Shown here in pieces: positions 19,493 to 28,947 of a DNA stretch of 64,000 nt. The notes beneath the pieces were generated by a model. That model was not told the origin of the DNA, made no database searches, and saw nothing but the letters and a program-made list of their open reading frames with translations. Every line of letters starts with the position of its first letter. Position 1 is the stretch's first letter. The position numbers and the translations under genes are program-made. Source of the stretch: Limisphaerales bacterium (GTDB lineage: Bacteria; Verrucomicrobiota; Verrucomicrobiia; Limisphaerales; SIBE01); NCBI GenBank assembly GCA_044225505.1, contig JBGAIN010000003.1, positions 1 through 64,000 on the forward strand, given 5' to 3'.

Positions 19493-22400
19493 TTACTGCT
19501 TAACAGCGCGGAAGAACTTCACCGATCCAGTGGCCGTTGCGGTGAACGGACTGGTGGCGCCCTGCACGTTGGTGTAAGGACCGCCAACTTGATCGGCCGA
19601 CTGGAGAACGCCTTGATAGGTGATCACCAGGTTGTTTGCTGTTCCTTTCGCGACCGAGATCGGAGGTCCAGCTGGGGCCGACGAGGGGCTCACCAATTGG
19701 ATCGCGTTAATCGGAGCGCGGAAGGCGGTGCTTCCGAAGCCTTGGCCGCCGCTCGTCGTGGCTTCAATCTGAATCGCCGGGCTGGAAAGTCCGGTGAATA
19801 CGATGTAAGTCCCGATGTTGTTGGTCGAGGTCGGGTCGGCGCTCGGCACTTCGACGAAGCTCGTCGGTTTGGCCGGCGGTTGGGCGCGCAGGTAGCCCTT
19901 GAGCACATTGCCTGCAGCGTCAACGATCCGGTAGCCACCGCCCTTGTTCGCCACTCCACCCAAGACATAGACGTAAACATCATAGCTCTCGGAGGTCAGC
20001 GCGGCGGGCAGTTCAGAGATCGCGACCTTGGTCGTGCTGTTGTCGGTCGTGTCCAAATAACCGGTCATGAGAGTCTTGTCGGCTCCCGTGAGGCTATTGT
20101 TCTCTTCGCCGATTCCAGTGGACGCCCAGGTGTTATTGGAAGTCCAAACCACTTTGACCGTGGTCGATTCGGGAGTGAGACCGTCGGACAACGCCACCAG
20201 GGTGGTGTTGGTTCCATTTTGACCGGACAGGTTGTTCCAGTTGGTCTGAGCGGCGTCATCAGCACCGGCCTTGTCGGTTGCGGCCAGCGACGAATTTGGC
20301 TGATCAGCGCCGAAGTTCAGACCGATCTTGTAGGTGCCATCTCCCTCTGCAGGAGGTGTGACGACGACGGTCGTGACATCTTTGCCAGCTTTGCCAGCGG
20401 TGAACACGCCAGACACTTCGTCTGCGGTCAACGATCGGTTCCAGATCGCGATGTCATCCAAATTGCCGCCCAGGAGGTTCGGCGTCGCGTCGAGTCCGAG
20501 CAACGGAGGAGTCTGTTCGGCATCCACGTTCAAGCGGGCGCCAAACGAGAGATCCTGCACTTCGGGAACGATGAAGTCCGCGAGGTAAGGCGTATTCGCC
20601 ACTTCGACGCCGTTCACGTAGAGCCGGAGTTGAGCTCCGTCCGCAGTGAAGGCCACGTGCTGCCACGAGCCCAAGGTAAAGGCGGTCGGTGAATCCACAG
20701 TGGTGTGGTTCGGACCTGCGGTGATTCCGGCATGCAAGAACAACGCACCGGTATCATTGGCATTCAACACCAGTTCAAACTGCGACGCAGGAGCGCCGTC
20801 CTGAGCCACGCTGATGCCCAAGTTGCCGTGCGCACTGCGGACGAGGGCCACCGAAGAGGCCGTTCCAGCACTGACGTTGACCCAACCAGAAACGCTGAGT
20901 GCTTTGGTCGCTTTGGGATAATTGGGAACGACAACGTAGGTCGAAGCCCCATCGAAGGTCAGGCCATTGGCGATCTGGCCCTTGCCCCATGCGGCGGTTC
21001 CAACGACATCGCCTGCTTGTCCGCCAGTAACCGCGTTGGCTGCTTTCGCGCCGGAGGTTTCATCAAGCTTCCAATACCCGACCAAGGCGTCCTTGATGTC
21101 GAACTTGGAGATGTTCACCGTCGCGTTTTTGCTGACGACACTGCCCGCCGGATTGAACACGGCGGCGTTGTAAACCGCGACATCGGCATCGCTCAACGAG
21201 CTGATCGTCAGCGTGGAAGTCGTGGCGCCACTGACATGGCCACCATCAGGGAGGTTCTTCCCGTTCTTGCGCCATTGGTAGGTGAGGTTCTCACCGGTGG
21301 CTTGAACGCTCAGATGAACCGTGCCGTCGGCTGCTCCGACTGTCGGTTTCGGATCCACAGTGATGGATGGCGGAGCTCCCACCGCCGGGGCGTTGAGGAC
21401 CAATTGCAGAGCGTTGACGCCCGTGTTGTTGGCCTGACCGCCAGTGGCAACCACCGCAAATGTCAGCGTGACATCACCGCTAGCATCCGGGGACACATTG
21501 TCGAAGCGAATGAAGTTCGCGATGCTCGGGTTCTTCGAATCGGTGCTCGTTCCACGATAGAAACCAGGAGCGGGCTTGTATTCGTCCGAGTTCATCACGC
21601 GGATGTAGTATTTCTGTGTTCCAACCGCGTAGCTCAGGGTCTGGAAGTTGAGCGGAGCGGCCACGGCGTAAACCAGCAACGAATGTTTGCCAGCCGGGAC
21701 ATTGTGGAAGGTCATGGTCTGGTCGGTGCCCGTCCCGCCAATACCTGCGATACCGTTCAGCATTCGTTGAGTCGGCGTGTCGAGACCAGTGCCAGCGCCC
21801 CAAGTGCCGGACGTGGTGAATTCGAAGGTGACCGCCGAGGGTTTGCCATCGCTGTCGGTCATGACGGAAGGCAAGGTCGTTTCATCACCGGTGATGCCCG
21901 AGCCGTTGGTCGCAACGTTCCAATAGGCCTGCGGCTGCACGCCCACGATGTCGGCCGGCTTCAGATAGTTCTCGCCGCCCTGAGGTCCTGCGCCGTTCGC
22001 ACCACCGCCCCAGAACTGCACACCAATGCTGGTGGGCGGAGCAGGCTTGAAGATAGATGCATGCACCGGGGTGCTGACTTGGCATCCGACGATTTCGACC
22101 GTGTAAACGTTAGTCGCAATCGCGGCGGTGACTGGAGGCGTCGTGTAGGAGAGCTTCGTCGCGCCAGGAATGGCTTTACCATTGACGGACCATTGCACGG
22201 GCCACGGACCGTTCACGATCGTGAAGAACGTGGCTGGGGTCCCTTCAAGAGCCGGTGTATCGATCGGTTGAAGGACAAATGCGGTCTTGGAGCAATCCAC
22301 CGACGAAGTCACTGCCAAGAGACCGACTTCAGCAATCTGCATGCAGCAGCTATTATCCGTCGCGGTCTTGAGGACTGTCCAGCGGTAGTGCTTGTACGAT

Positions 22401-23794
22401 TTCTTGTTATTGAAATAGAACGTTTGGGTCTCGAAACGGGTCGCGTAGGTCGGCACCGCTTCATTCTTGTAAACCAATTCCCAGGTGCCGCTGTTGAAGT
22501 CAGCGATCGTCTCGTCGTTCGAACCTTCGACCGTGACCGAGAGGGGATCGCGTTCCGGCGCGTCGTTGGCCGATTGCATGGAGAGGCCAATGATCGTCGT
22601 CTCACCGACGGACGGAGTGACAACGAAACCGGCTGGCTTCGAGGGCGCCGCGGAGTCGCGGTTCAAGTATTTGGCTTGAGTGCCGTCGATGGCGTTCGCA
22701 ACGCCTTCCGAGCCAGGGCTGTTGGCAGAGGAAGCGATGATCGGATCGCCCGGCTGGATCACATTCTTGGGAGCGCCGGAACCGAGCAACTGCACTTCGG
22801 CAATCTGCATGCAGCAGCTGTTATCGGTTGCGGTCTTGAGCACAGTCCATCGGTAGTGCTTGTAGGGCTTAACGTTGTCGAACAAGAACGTCAGAGTCTG
22901 GAACCGTGTAGCGAACGTCGGAACCGCTTCGTTCTTATAAACCAACGCCCAGGTACCGCTATTGAAGTCTGCGATCGTGTCATCGTTGGAACCTTCCAAG
23001 GTGACCGAGAGGGGATCTCGCTCCGGAGCGTCATTCGCCGATTGCATGGACAACCCGTTAATCAGCGTCGCGCCGACGGACGGGGTAACCACGAAGCCAG
23101 CGGGTTTCGCTGGGGCCGCGGAGTCACGGTTCAGATATTTCGCCTGGGTTCCGTCAATGGCGTTGGCTACGCCTTCGGAACCAGGGCTATTGGCGGACGA
23201 GGCAATGATCGGATCGCCCGGCTGAACCACGTTCTTGGGCAGCGTCGTTCCAAGCAGTTGCACTTCCGCAATTTGCATACAGCATGAATTATCCGTGGCC
23301 GTTTTCAGAATGGTCCAACGGTAATGCTTGTAAGGCTTGAAGTTGTCGAAGGAGAACGTTTTCGTCTCGAAGCGGGCGGTGTAAACAGGCACCGCTTCGT
23401 TCTTGTAGATCAATTCCCATGTTCCGGAGTTGAAATCAGCAATCGTGTCGTCGTTGGAACCTTCTAGCGTGACCGAAAGCGGATCGCGTTCCGGCGCGTC
23501 GTTGGCCGATTGCATGGCAAGGCCGGTAACCCAGGTCACACCGACGGACGGTGTCACCACAAAGCCAGCGGGCTTCGAGGGGGTAGCGGAGTCGCGGTTG
23601 AGGTATTTCGCCTGGGTTCCGTCGATGGCGTTGGCAACGCCTTCGGAGCCTGGGCTGTTCGCCGAAGAGGCGATGATTGGGTCTCCTGGCTGGACCACGT
23701 TCTTCTGGGCAGTGGATTGAACTGCTCCAGCGACTGCCAGGAAAGACAGCGCCGTGAGGACAGCTGTCAGTCTTGATACTGCAGGTTTTGGCAT
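19493..23794 (-). CDS. Secreted 1433-aa multidomain protein: 3 discoidin/F5-8-like repeats, Ig-like domains, LamG/ConA domain, two copies of an uncharacterised beta domain, C-terminal FFRA domain
   Basis: Signal peptide; 3x (NSPGSEGVANAIDG..KYLN..SANDAPERDP..EGSND..YKHYRW..MQIAEV); Ig motif LTYQWRKNG; LamG motifs GYWKLDE and WQHVAFT..LYVNG..LDDIAIWNRSLT. Confidence 0.88.
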   Translation of the reverse strand: MPKPAVSRLTAVLTALSFLAVAGAVQSTAQKNVVQPGDPIIASSANSPGSEGVANAIDGTQAKYLNRDSATPSKPAGFVVTPSVGVTWVTGLAMQSANDAPERDPLSVTLEGSNDDTIADFNSGTWELIYKNEAVPVYTARFETKTFSFDNFKPYKHYRWTILKTATDNSCCMQIAEVQLLGTTLPKNVVQPGDPIIASSANSPGSEGVANAIDGTQAKYLNRDSAAPAKPAGFVVTPSVGATLINGLSMQSANDAPERDPLSVTLEGSNDDTIADFNSGTWALVYKNEAVPTFATRFQTLTFLFDNVKPYKHYRWTVLKTATDNSCCMQIAEVQLLGSGAPKNVIQPGDPIIASSANSPGSEGVANAIDGTQAKYLNRDSAAPSKPAGFVVTPSVGETTIIGLSMQSANDAPERDPLSVTVEGSNDETIADFNSGTWELVYKNEAVPTYATRFETQTFYFNNKKSYKHYRWTVLKTATDNSCCMQIAEVGLLAVTSSVDCSKTAFVLQPIDTPALEGTPATFFTIVNGPWPVQWSVNGKAIPGATKLSYTTPPVTAAIATNVYTVEIVGCQVSTPVHASIFKPAPPTSIGVQFWGGGANGAGPQGGENYLKPADIVGVQPQAYWNVATNGSGITGDETTLPSVMTDSDGKPSAVTFEFTTSGTWGAGTGLDTPTQRMLNGIAGIGGTGTDQTMTFHNVPAGKHSLLVYAVAAPLNFQTLSYAVGTQKYYIRVMNSDEYKPAPGFYRGTSTDSKNPSIANFIRFDNVSPDASGDVTLTFAVVATGGQANNTGVNALQLVLNAPAVGAPPSITVDPKPTVGAADGTVHLSVQATGENLTYQWRKNGKNLPDGGHVSGATTSTLTISSLSDADVAVYNAAVFNPAGSVVSKNATVNISKFDIKDALVGYWKLDETSGAKAANAVTGGQAGDVVGTAAWGKGQIANGLTFDGASTYVVVPNYPKATKALSVSGWVNVSAGTASSVALVRSAHGNLGISVAQDGAPASQFELVLNANDTGALFLHAGITAGPNHTTVDSPTAFTLGSWQHVAFTADGAQLRLYVNGVEVANTPYLADFIVPEVQDLSFGARLNVDAEQTPPLLGLDATPNLLGGNLDDIAIWNRSLTADEVSGVFTAGKAGKDVTTVVVTPPAEGDGTYKIGLNFGADQPNSSLAATDKAGADDAAQTNWNNLSGQNGTNTTLVALSDGLTPESTTVKVVWTSNNTWASTGIGEENNSLTGADKTLMTGYLDTTDNSTTKVAISELPAALTSESYDVYVYVLGGVANKGGGYRIVDAAGNVLKGYLRAQPPAKPTSFVEVPSADPTSTNNIGTYIVFTGLSSPAIQIEATTSGGQGFGSTAFRAPINAIQLVSPSSAPAGPPISVAKGTANNLVITYQGVLQSADQVGGPYTNVQGATSPFTATATGSVKFFRAVKQ
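22301..23704 (-). repeat. Three tandem 468-bp (156-aa) intragenic repeats
   Basis: KNV(V/I)QPGDP starts at 23704, 23236 and 22768, an exact 468-nt spacing. CC codons at 23279, 22811 and 22343 show the same spacing. Confidence 0.95.
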
Positions 23795-23881
23795 AGCTGA
23801 TTTTTAGTTGGTTCGGGCTTCTACATGCGCGTTGGGTAAACGCGATGTATCGCCAACATACTGCCGTTGGCGACCGGTTGT

Positions 23882-23909
23882 ATTATAGGAACAGGACTGG
23901 TCTATCCAA
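23882..23909 (-). promoter_or_regulatory. Probable sigma70 promoter for the 1433-aa gene
   Basis: Minus strand TTGGAT-N16-TATAAT (perfect -10), about 90 nt upstream of the ATG. Confidence 0.5.
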
Positions 23910-23941
23910 CCGGGCGTAAGCGCGCAAGCAAAAAAGCCAAG

Positions 23942-26900
23942 TTACTGTCCGTGGGATGGATTCAGAATGCGGCCAGTTGGATCAACCGTCAGTTCAGCTG
24001 CTTCCTTTGGTACTGCCGTCTCAGTGGCTCTTCCCCCCGGCCAGCGCACCCAAACCACGTCGGCAGGAATGTCTTTTCCCAGCACGACCACACCGCTATC
24101 CTGCGACCAATATCCAGCGCCCGCATGGATTTCCCGAACCGGCCCACCCACCCCACCCCGGAAGAGTCGCAACGCCGCCCCCACCCCAGTCGGATTCCCA
24201 GCTAGCCCTTTCAGCCGGATCCGGAGCCCAGGTTTTCCGGTCGCGTTCCTGAATATCTTGGTCGCGGCACCATTTTGCGTGACGGCGAGATCGAGGCGAC
24301 CGTCCCGGTCATAGTCGCTGACCGCCGCTCCACGCTGCTCTCCATAAACGGCAATCCCAGACTGTTGGGCGGAGAGGGCCGTGAACTGTCCATGGCCAGT
24401 CCCAAGCAGCAGCAATCCCCGGCCAGCATCAAGTCGAGGGATCTCCAGTGCCGTGGCGAAGAAATTCTGGCTCAAGAAGATGTCTTCAAATCCGTCTCCG
24501 TTGAAATCTGCGATCTCCACGGCAAAGGCTGGCGCCAGTTGAGCTTGTAGCGGCAGTGGGACCGGTTTAAAACTCGCGCCTCTATTAAGGAAGACCATGG
24601 ATTCCAACGTCTTAGCCTCGATTCGCTGACACTTCGAGTAGCTCGGACCCGCCACCATGGCGACCGTTGCCTGGCTGAAGTCTCGCACAGTCGGGAAACG
24701 TCCCATCAAGAATGGGTAAGCCGCCAGCAGCTGGTCCGGTCGTCGCCTGGGGGCATCGTTCGCCGTCACAAGATCGAAGTCAGCTTCCAGCAGGTCAACG
24801 GCCCCCCGGTTCGCCAAGTCGCCAAAATACAAGCGAACGGGCCTGTCCTTGGAGCTCGAGTACTCGGAGTTTAATCCCCAGTTCGCCGCCACAATGTCGA
24901 GGCGGCCGTCGCCGTCCAAGTCCCCCGTGTTAATCCCACTCCACCAACCGGTGAGTGCGTCTAGTCCCAAGTCGGCGGTCTTTTCGGTGAGCTTTCCGCC
25001 CTGGTTGCCGAATACCCGCACTGGGCCCCACTCACACGCCAGCACTAGCTCCGGATAGCCGTCTCCGTCCAAGTCACTCCAGGTTGCCGCGGAAACCAAG
25101 CCGACCTGCCGAAGTGCCGCTGTATTCTCCGTGTCCAATTGGAAGCCAGCAGGCGTTTGGCGCAGAAGAAGCGATGAGGCCGGTTCCGGATAGCGGCCCG
25201 GAAGGCATCGCCCTCCAATAAAAACGTCCAGATCCCCGTCCGCATCGAAATCGGCCAGAGCAATCGGGCCGGTGCTCGAAAGCTGGCCGGGAAGTGAGTC
25301 GTCAAGCCGTTGCCGTGTCAGGTCGTAAAGGCGTGCTGCCGCCCCGGCCGCCAAGCCGTCTTCGTAGTTCGAGGATCCAACAATGAGAAGCGTTTGATTG
25401 CTGCTCGTGGTTAATCCTACGACCGCCGTCTGATCGCGTGTCACCGGGGCATTGAAAGGCGGTTCTAACCTGGGTTTGAAACCACCTTTATGATCGTTCC
25501 TGTAGACGCTCAACTGCCCGCCTCGTCCGGATCCGATAATCAAGTCATCCCACCCATCCCCATCGACATCAAACCAGGCAACTCCAGGGCCACCCTGGCT
25601 CATCTTCTTGGGCAAGAGCGGCTGACGCGCGAAGTCGTCGTACGGCGGGTCGGTATGCTGATGGCCAATCGACGGTGTCAGTTCCACAAATAGAGGCCGG
25701 ACCTCAGCAGCCGCTGGGGTGGCCTCGGGCTTCGCCGCGGATTCATCGATCTCGTAAAGCCGGTTAGCCTTCACCTCTGGAATCGAGCTCACCCGCCCCG
25801 AGCGCCAATGAACTGTGAGACTCAATGGATTGGTCCGGTTGCCCGCGGCCAATACGACGGTCGGCTCGGAACCCGATAAGTATCGCCCGCCAGCAGCCAT
25901 CTCTTCTTGCTGCTGGCAAACAGCACCCCCCAAAAGCTCAATTCGAGCGCCGATACCCTTGGAATTCGGCGGCAGGCCTTTTAGGCGAACGGCCACGCGA
26001 GGGGCGTTCGCGTTGTTGCGATACAAAGCGACAGCGCTATTCAAATTGTTAACGACCAAATCCAAATCACCGTCGCCGTCAAAATCTGCCAAAGCCATGC
26101 TGTGATGCACGCCGGGCTGAGCTGTGCCCCACGAAGCCGTCATTTCTTCAAATTGCAGGTCTCCCCTGTTGCGAAACGCGAAGATGGGGGTGGCCAATGG
26201 CGGGTAGAACCGCATATGCATCATGAGCTCCCGCGTGAACGCCTTTTGACGTTCGACCGCGTTCGTAAACCCCTTCCAGGAATGCTGGCGCGCCCGGATC
26301 TGCCGTTCGGCATCCATGTCCTGAACGTCCCGCGCGTGTCCCGCAGGAATCAACAAATCTGGGTAACCGTCGAGGTCCACATCGAGGAATACGGGCTGCC
26401 AACTCCATTCCGACGCGGCAACGCCGCTGAATGCCGCGATTTCTTCGTAGGTCCCATCTCCACGATTGTGGAAGAGAGTGTTCTGAATGATCTGAGGCCG
26501 AGATTCGATTTGCTCTTTGGCGTCCGGAATGGGCCATCGAGCTGGCGTTTGGCGCTTCCGCAAGCGGAGGTCGCGGCTCAGCATATCGGTGACCATGAAG
26601 TCAAGGTGCCCGTCTCGGTCAATGTCGGCAAAATCAGCACCCATCGCGCTCAAGCTGGTCTGCCGTATGGCCAAACGCGGGATGGCGCGAAACTGCCCTT
26701 TGCCGTTGTTGAGCCAGAGCCGATCGGGCGTCCAATAATCGTTGCAGACGTAAATGTCCGGGGAGCCATCTCCGTTTAGGTCACGGAACGTGGCGGTGAG
26801 CCCCCAATCGAGGGGAGCACTCTGGAGGGGCTTGCCATCTTCGTCGAGGAACGCGCCTCCCGTCCAGGATACCGGTGTAAACTTCCCGGTTCCGTCATTC

Positions 26901-27658
26901 AGCAGCAATTGATCCGGTTGGCCGTATTCGAGCACCTGGCCACTGACCACGAGCAATCGATCTTTCAGCTTGGGAGGCACCACCATTTGACCTTTGACCA
27001 TTTGCAGATCTACCTGACCACGATCGCGGATGTCTTCGCCCCGATAATTCGTGATGTATAAGTCCAGCGTGCCGTTGCCATCGACATCGGCCAGGGTCAT
27101 GGTAACGCTGCCGGACGTAGAGGCAGTGCCGGCATTGGCTGTCGTCTCAACGAACCTCCCGTGACCATCATTCAGAAAGCAAGCGACCCCGTTGGACAGC
27201 GTGGAAACCAGCAAATCTAACCAGCCGTCACCATTCAGATCGGCCAGCACGGCACCGCGGGTGATTCGTCCCGCCAGATTGAGGCCGGCGGTCTGAGTGA
27301 CCTCCCGAAACTGGAAGTTGCCGAGATTGCGATAGAGCGCGCTTTGGCCGGACAAGCTGCAGAGGAAAACGTCCGGAAGGCCGTCGTTGTCGTAATCACC
27401 TGCAGCCAAGCCAGCGCCGTTCATTAAGACTCGATTGGAAGCCCCGGCTAATTCATCCAGAGCGTTGGTAAAGTTCAATCCCGTCCGAGCGGGAAGGAGT
27501 GACGTAAAGCCGTTCCCACCGTTTGTCGTCACCGAGAGTTCCATCCACCGAAACCCTGGCTGTTGTTGCCAGTCAGTGAGTCCAGCCGCCTGCAGGGAGT
27601 CGGATCCCACAACGCAAATAAAGACAATACTGGCGACTAGAGGCCTAATCCGTCTCAT
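23942..27658 (-). CDS. FG-GAP/VCBS-repeat protein with two ASPIC/UnbV domains (CRTAC1-like)
   Basis: Many DxDxDGxxDL motifs (DYDNDGLPD, DLNGDGWLD, DFDGDGDLD). Two NSKGIGARI..GYLS / NPTGVGAAL..GYWSQ..VRWPGG ASPIC-like blocks. Signal peptide MRRIRPLVASIVFICVVG. Confidence 0.9.
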   Translation of the reverse strand: MRRIRPLVASIVFICVVGSDSLQAAGLTDWQQQPGFRWMELSVTTNGGNGFTSLLPARTGLNFTNALDELAGASNRVLMNGAGLAAGDYDNDGLPDVFLCSLSGQSALYRNLGNFQFREVTQTAGLNLAGRITRGAVLADLNGDGWLDLLVSTLSNGVACFLNDGHGRFVETTANAGTASTSGSVTMTLADVDGNGTLDLYITNYRGEDIRDRGQVDLQMVKGQMVVPPKLKDRLLVVSGQVLEYGQPDQLLLNDGTGKFTPVSWTGGAFLDEDGKPLQSAPLDWGLTATFRDLNGDGSPDIYVCNDYWTPDRLWLNNGKGQFRAIPRLAIRQTSLSAMGADFADIDRDGHLDFMVTDMLSRDLRLRKRQTPARWPIPDAKEQIESRPQIIQNTLFHNRGDGTYEEIAAFSGVAASEWSWQPVFLDVDLDGYPDLLIPAGHARDVQDMDAERQIRARQHSWKGFTNAVERQKAFTRELMMHMRFYPPLATPIFAFRNRGDLQFEEMTASWGTAQPGVHHSMALADFDGDGDLDLVVNNLNSAVALYRNNANAPRVAVRLKGLPPNSKGIGARIELLGGAVCQQQEEMAAGGRYLSGSEPTVVLAAGNRTNPLSLTVHWRSGRVSSIPEVKANRLYEIDESAAKPEATPAAAEVRPLFVELTPSIGHQHTDPPYDDFARQPLLPKKMSQGGPGVAWFDVDGDGWDDLIIGSGRGGQLSVYRNDHKGGFKPRLEPPFNAPVTRDQTAVVGLTTSSNQTLLIVGSSNYEDGLAAGAAARLYDLTRQRLDDSLPGQLSSTGPIALADFDADGDLDVFIGGRCLPGRYPEPASSLLLRQTPAGFQLDTENTAALRQVGLVSAATWSDLDGDGYPELVLACEWGPVRVFGNQGGKLTEKTADLGLDALTGWWSGINTGDLDGDGRLDIVAANWGLNSEYSSSKDRPVRLYFGDLANRGAVDLLEADFDLVTANDAPRRRPDQLLAAYPFLMGRFPTVRDFSQATVAMVAGPSYSKCQRIEAKTLESMVFLNRGASFKPVPLPLQAQLAPAFAVEIADFNGDGFEDIFLSQNFFATALEIPRLDAGRGLLLLGTGHGQFTALSAQQSGIAVYGEQRGAAVSDYDRDGRLDLAVTQNGAATKIFRNATGKPGLRIRLKGLAGNPTGVGAALRLFRGGVGGPVREIHAGAGYWSQDSGVVVLGKDIPADVVWVRWPGGRATETAVPKEAAELTVDPTGRILNPSHGQ

Positions 27659-27878
27659 GAATGGGGCCAGAGTAAAGCCATGGAGGGCGATCGTCCAATG
27701 CTTTGACATGCCGTCGCTGTCGACCAATGAGGAAGTCGGCTCCGTCGGCTCACGTCAACTCATCGAATCTCTCGCACGTAAACACGATGTTGTTTATAGT
27801 CTCGAGGCGGGTCCCTGCCCCCTCCTCATGCGGAAGTGTGGAGGAGTGTTCACTCCATGCCTCGGCGCTATGCTTTGT

Positions 27879-28483
27879 CTAGTTCTTGCCTTGGAACAGA
27901 ACGGCGATTTCCCCGGCGATCTCCTCGGTGTAAACACCACGACCCGATTGATTGGCCATGACGATCACGGTCAGTCCGTCATCCAGCCCATGGCGAAAGT
28001 GCGAAGAGAAACCGATGATTCCGCCGTTATGCTGAACCCACTTGTGGAAGGGCGTCTGTCGTATCCCCCAGCCCAGACCGTAATCGGTCACTGATTTGTT
28101 GTTGAGCTGCGTTGGCACCCACATGCGCTCCACGGTGGAACGACGGAGAATCTTGTCTTGGGGAGTCCGGGCAAAAGCGAAACAATCGGTGCTTCCAAAG
28201 CCAGCTTCCCATCGTCGACGAGCTGCATGATGGCTGTAGCCGTGAAGCACTTCGTGATGGAAGCGAGTTGGTAAACCGTTTCCGACGACGCGGGAGCCTT
28301 CAATTCAAGATTGGCGAAGCCATATCCCTGAATCTTGAGAACTTTCCCCTTCTTCAAAACCGCCAGGGAAAGCCCAGGAATCTGCCGCCGTTTCATCTCT
28401 GCACGGACAAGATCATCGACTTTGTCCGCGAGGGTTGAACATTTGATCAGACCTAGAATCAAGAAGGTGGCCACGATTTTCAT
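27879..28483 (-). pseudogene. Serine hydrolase (class C beta-lactamase family) pseudogene with internal deletion and frameshift
   Basis: The N-terminal frame has a signal peptide, IPGLSLAV, GYGFAN and ASITK (SxxK). A different frame resumes at the C-terminal YGLGW..HNGGIIGF..LTVIVMAN. The central LLTHTSG/YxN region is absent; junction at 28151-28160. Confidence 0.88.
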
Positions 28484-28947
28484 GATCTATAGCGGAGGAG
28501 CCGAAGCAGGTTGCGTGCTCGTTTGGCGCGAGCAACAAGCACCCTCTCTCGGTCCTCTTCGGACTTCGACGTGTCCGCGCTCTTCTCTAGGCAGCGTCTG
28601 TGACCGGCAACACGGCGGAGGCAGTCACCTCCCGACGAACGCACGGATCGCCCGGAAGCACGACTGCCGCGGATTCATCGCACTGCCGATCCTATCGCTC
28701 GATTACGGCGATCCCCCCGCCCTATCCTTTCGTCACGGGTGTCTCCCATTCGGCCATTTGCCTAGACGACCGTTGACCGAACTGCCTGGCTCAATCCGAT
28801 CCCGTTGCTGGACCAAACATTTGCTAAAATTTTGCCATAACCATTCGGCATTCTCGGCATAGAACCCGGTAACCCAGATCGAGCCTTTGTCGGACTTAAC
28901 GATCGCAGATGCTCGGGGCCACGTTAACCGTCAGTCACTTAGAAAAT

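Noticed and set aside
19469..23287. Long + strand ORFs of 407 aa and 860 aa
   Set aside because: Antisense shadows of the 1433-aa gene caused by codon bias; no protein motifs.
22301..23704. Regularly spaced repeats as a possible CRISPR array or DGR template/variable repeats
   Set aside because: They are in-frame 468-bp coding repeats with mostly synonymous differences. There are no spacers, cas genes or reverse transcriptase, and no evident adenine-specific pattern.
23942..27658. Doubled FG-GAP plus ASPIC/UnbV architecture as a novelty
   Set aside because: To my knowledge this is a common architecture in PVC and Bacteroidota genomes; kept as a feature only.
27879..28483. Programmed frameshift producing a functional beta-lactamase-like enzyme
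   Set aside because: Even if rejoined, the protein lacks the central region with the YxN catalytic motif.
28335..28862. 175-aa + strand ORF upstream of the fibre gene
   Set aside because: It overlaps the pseudogene antisense and has no recognisable features; more likely divergent promoter DNA.
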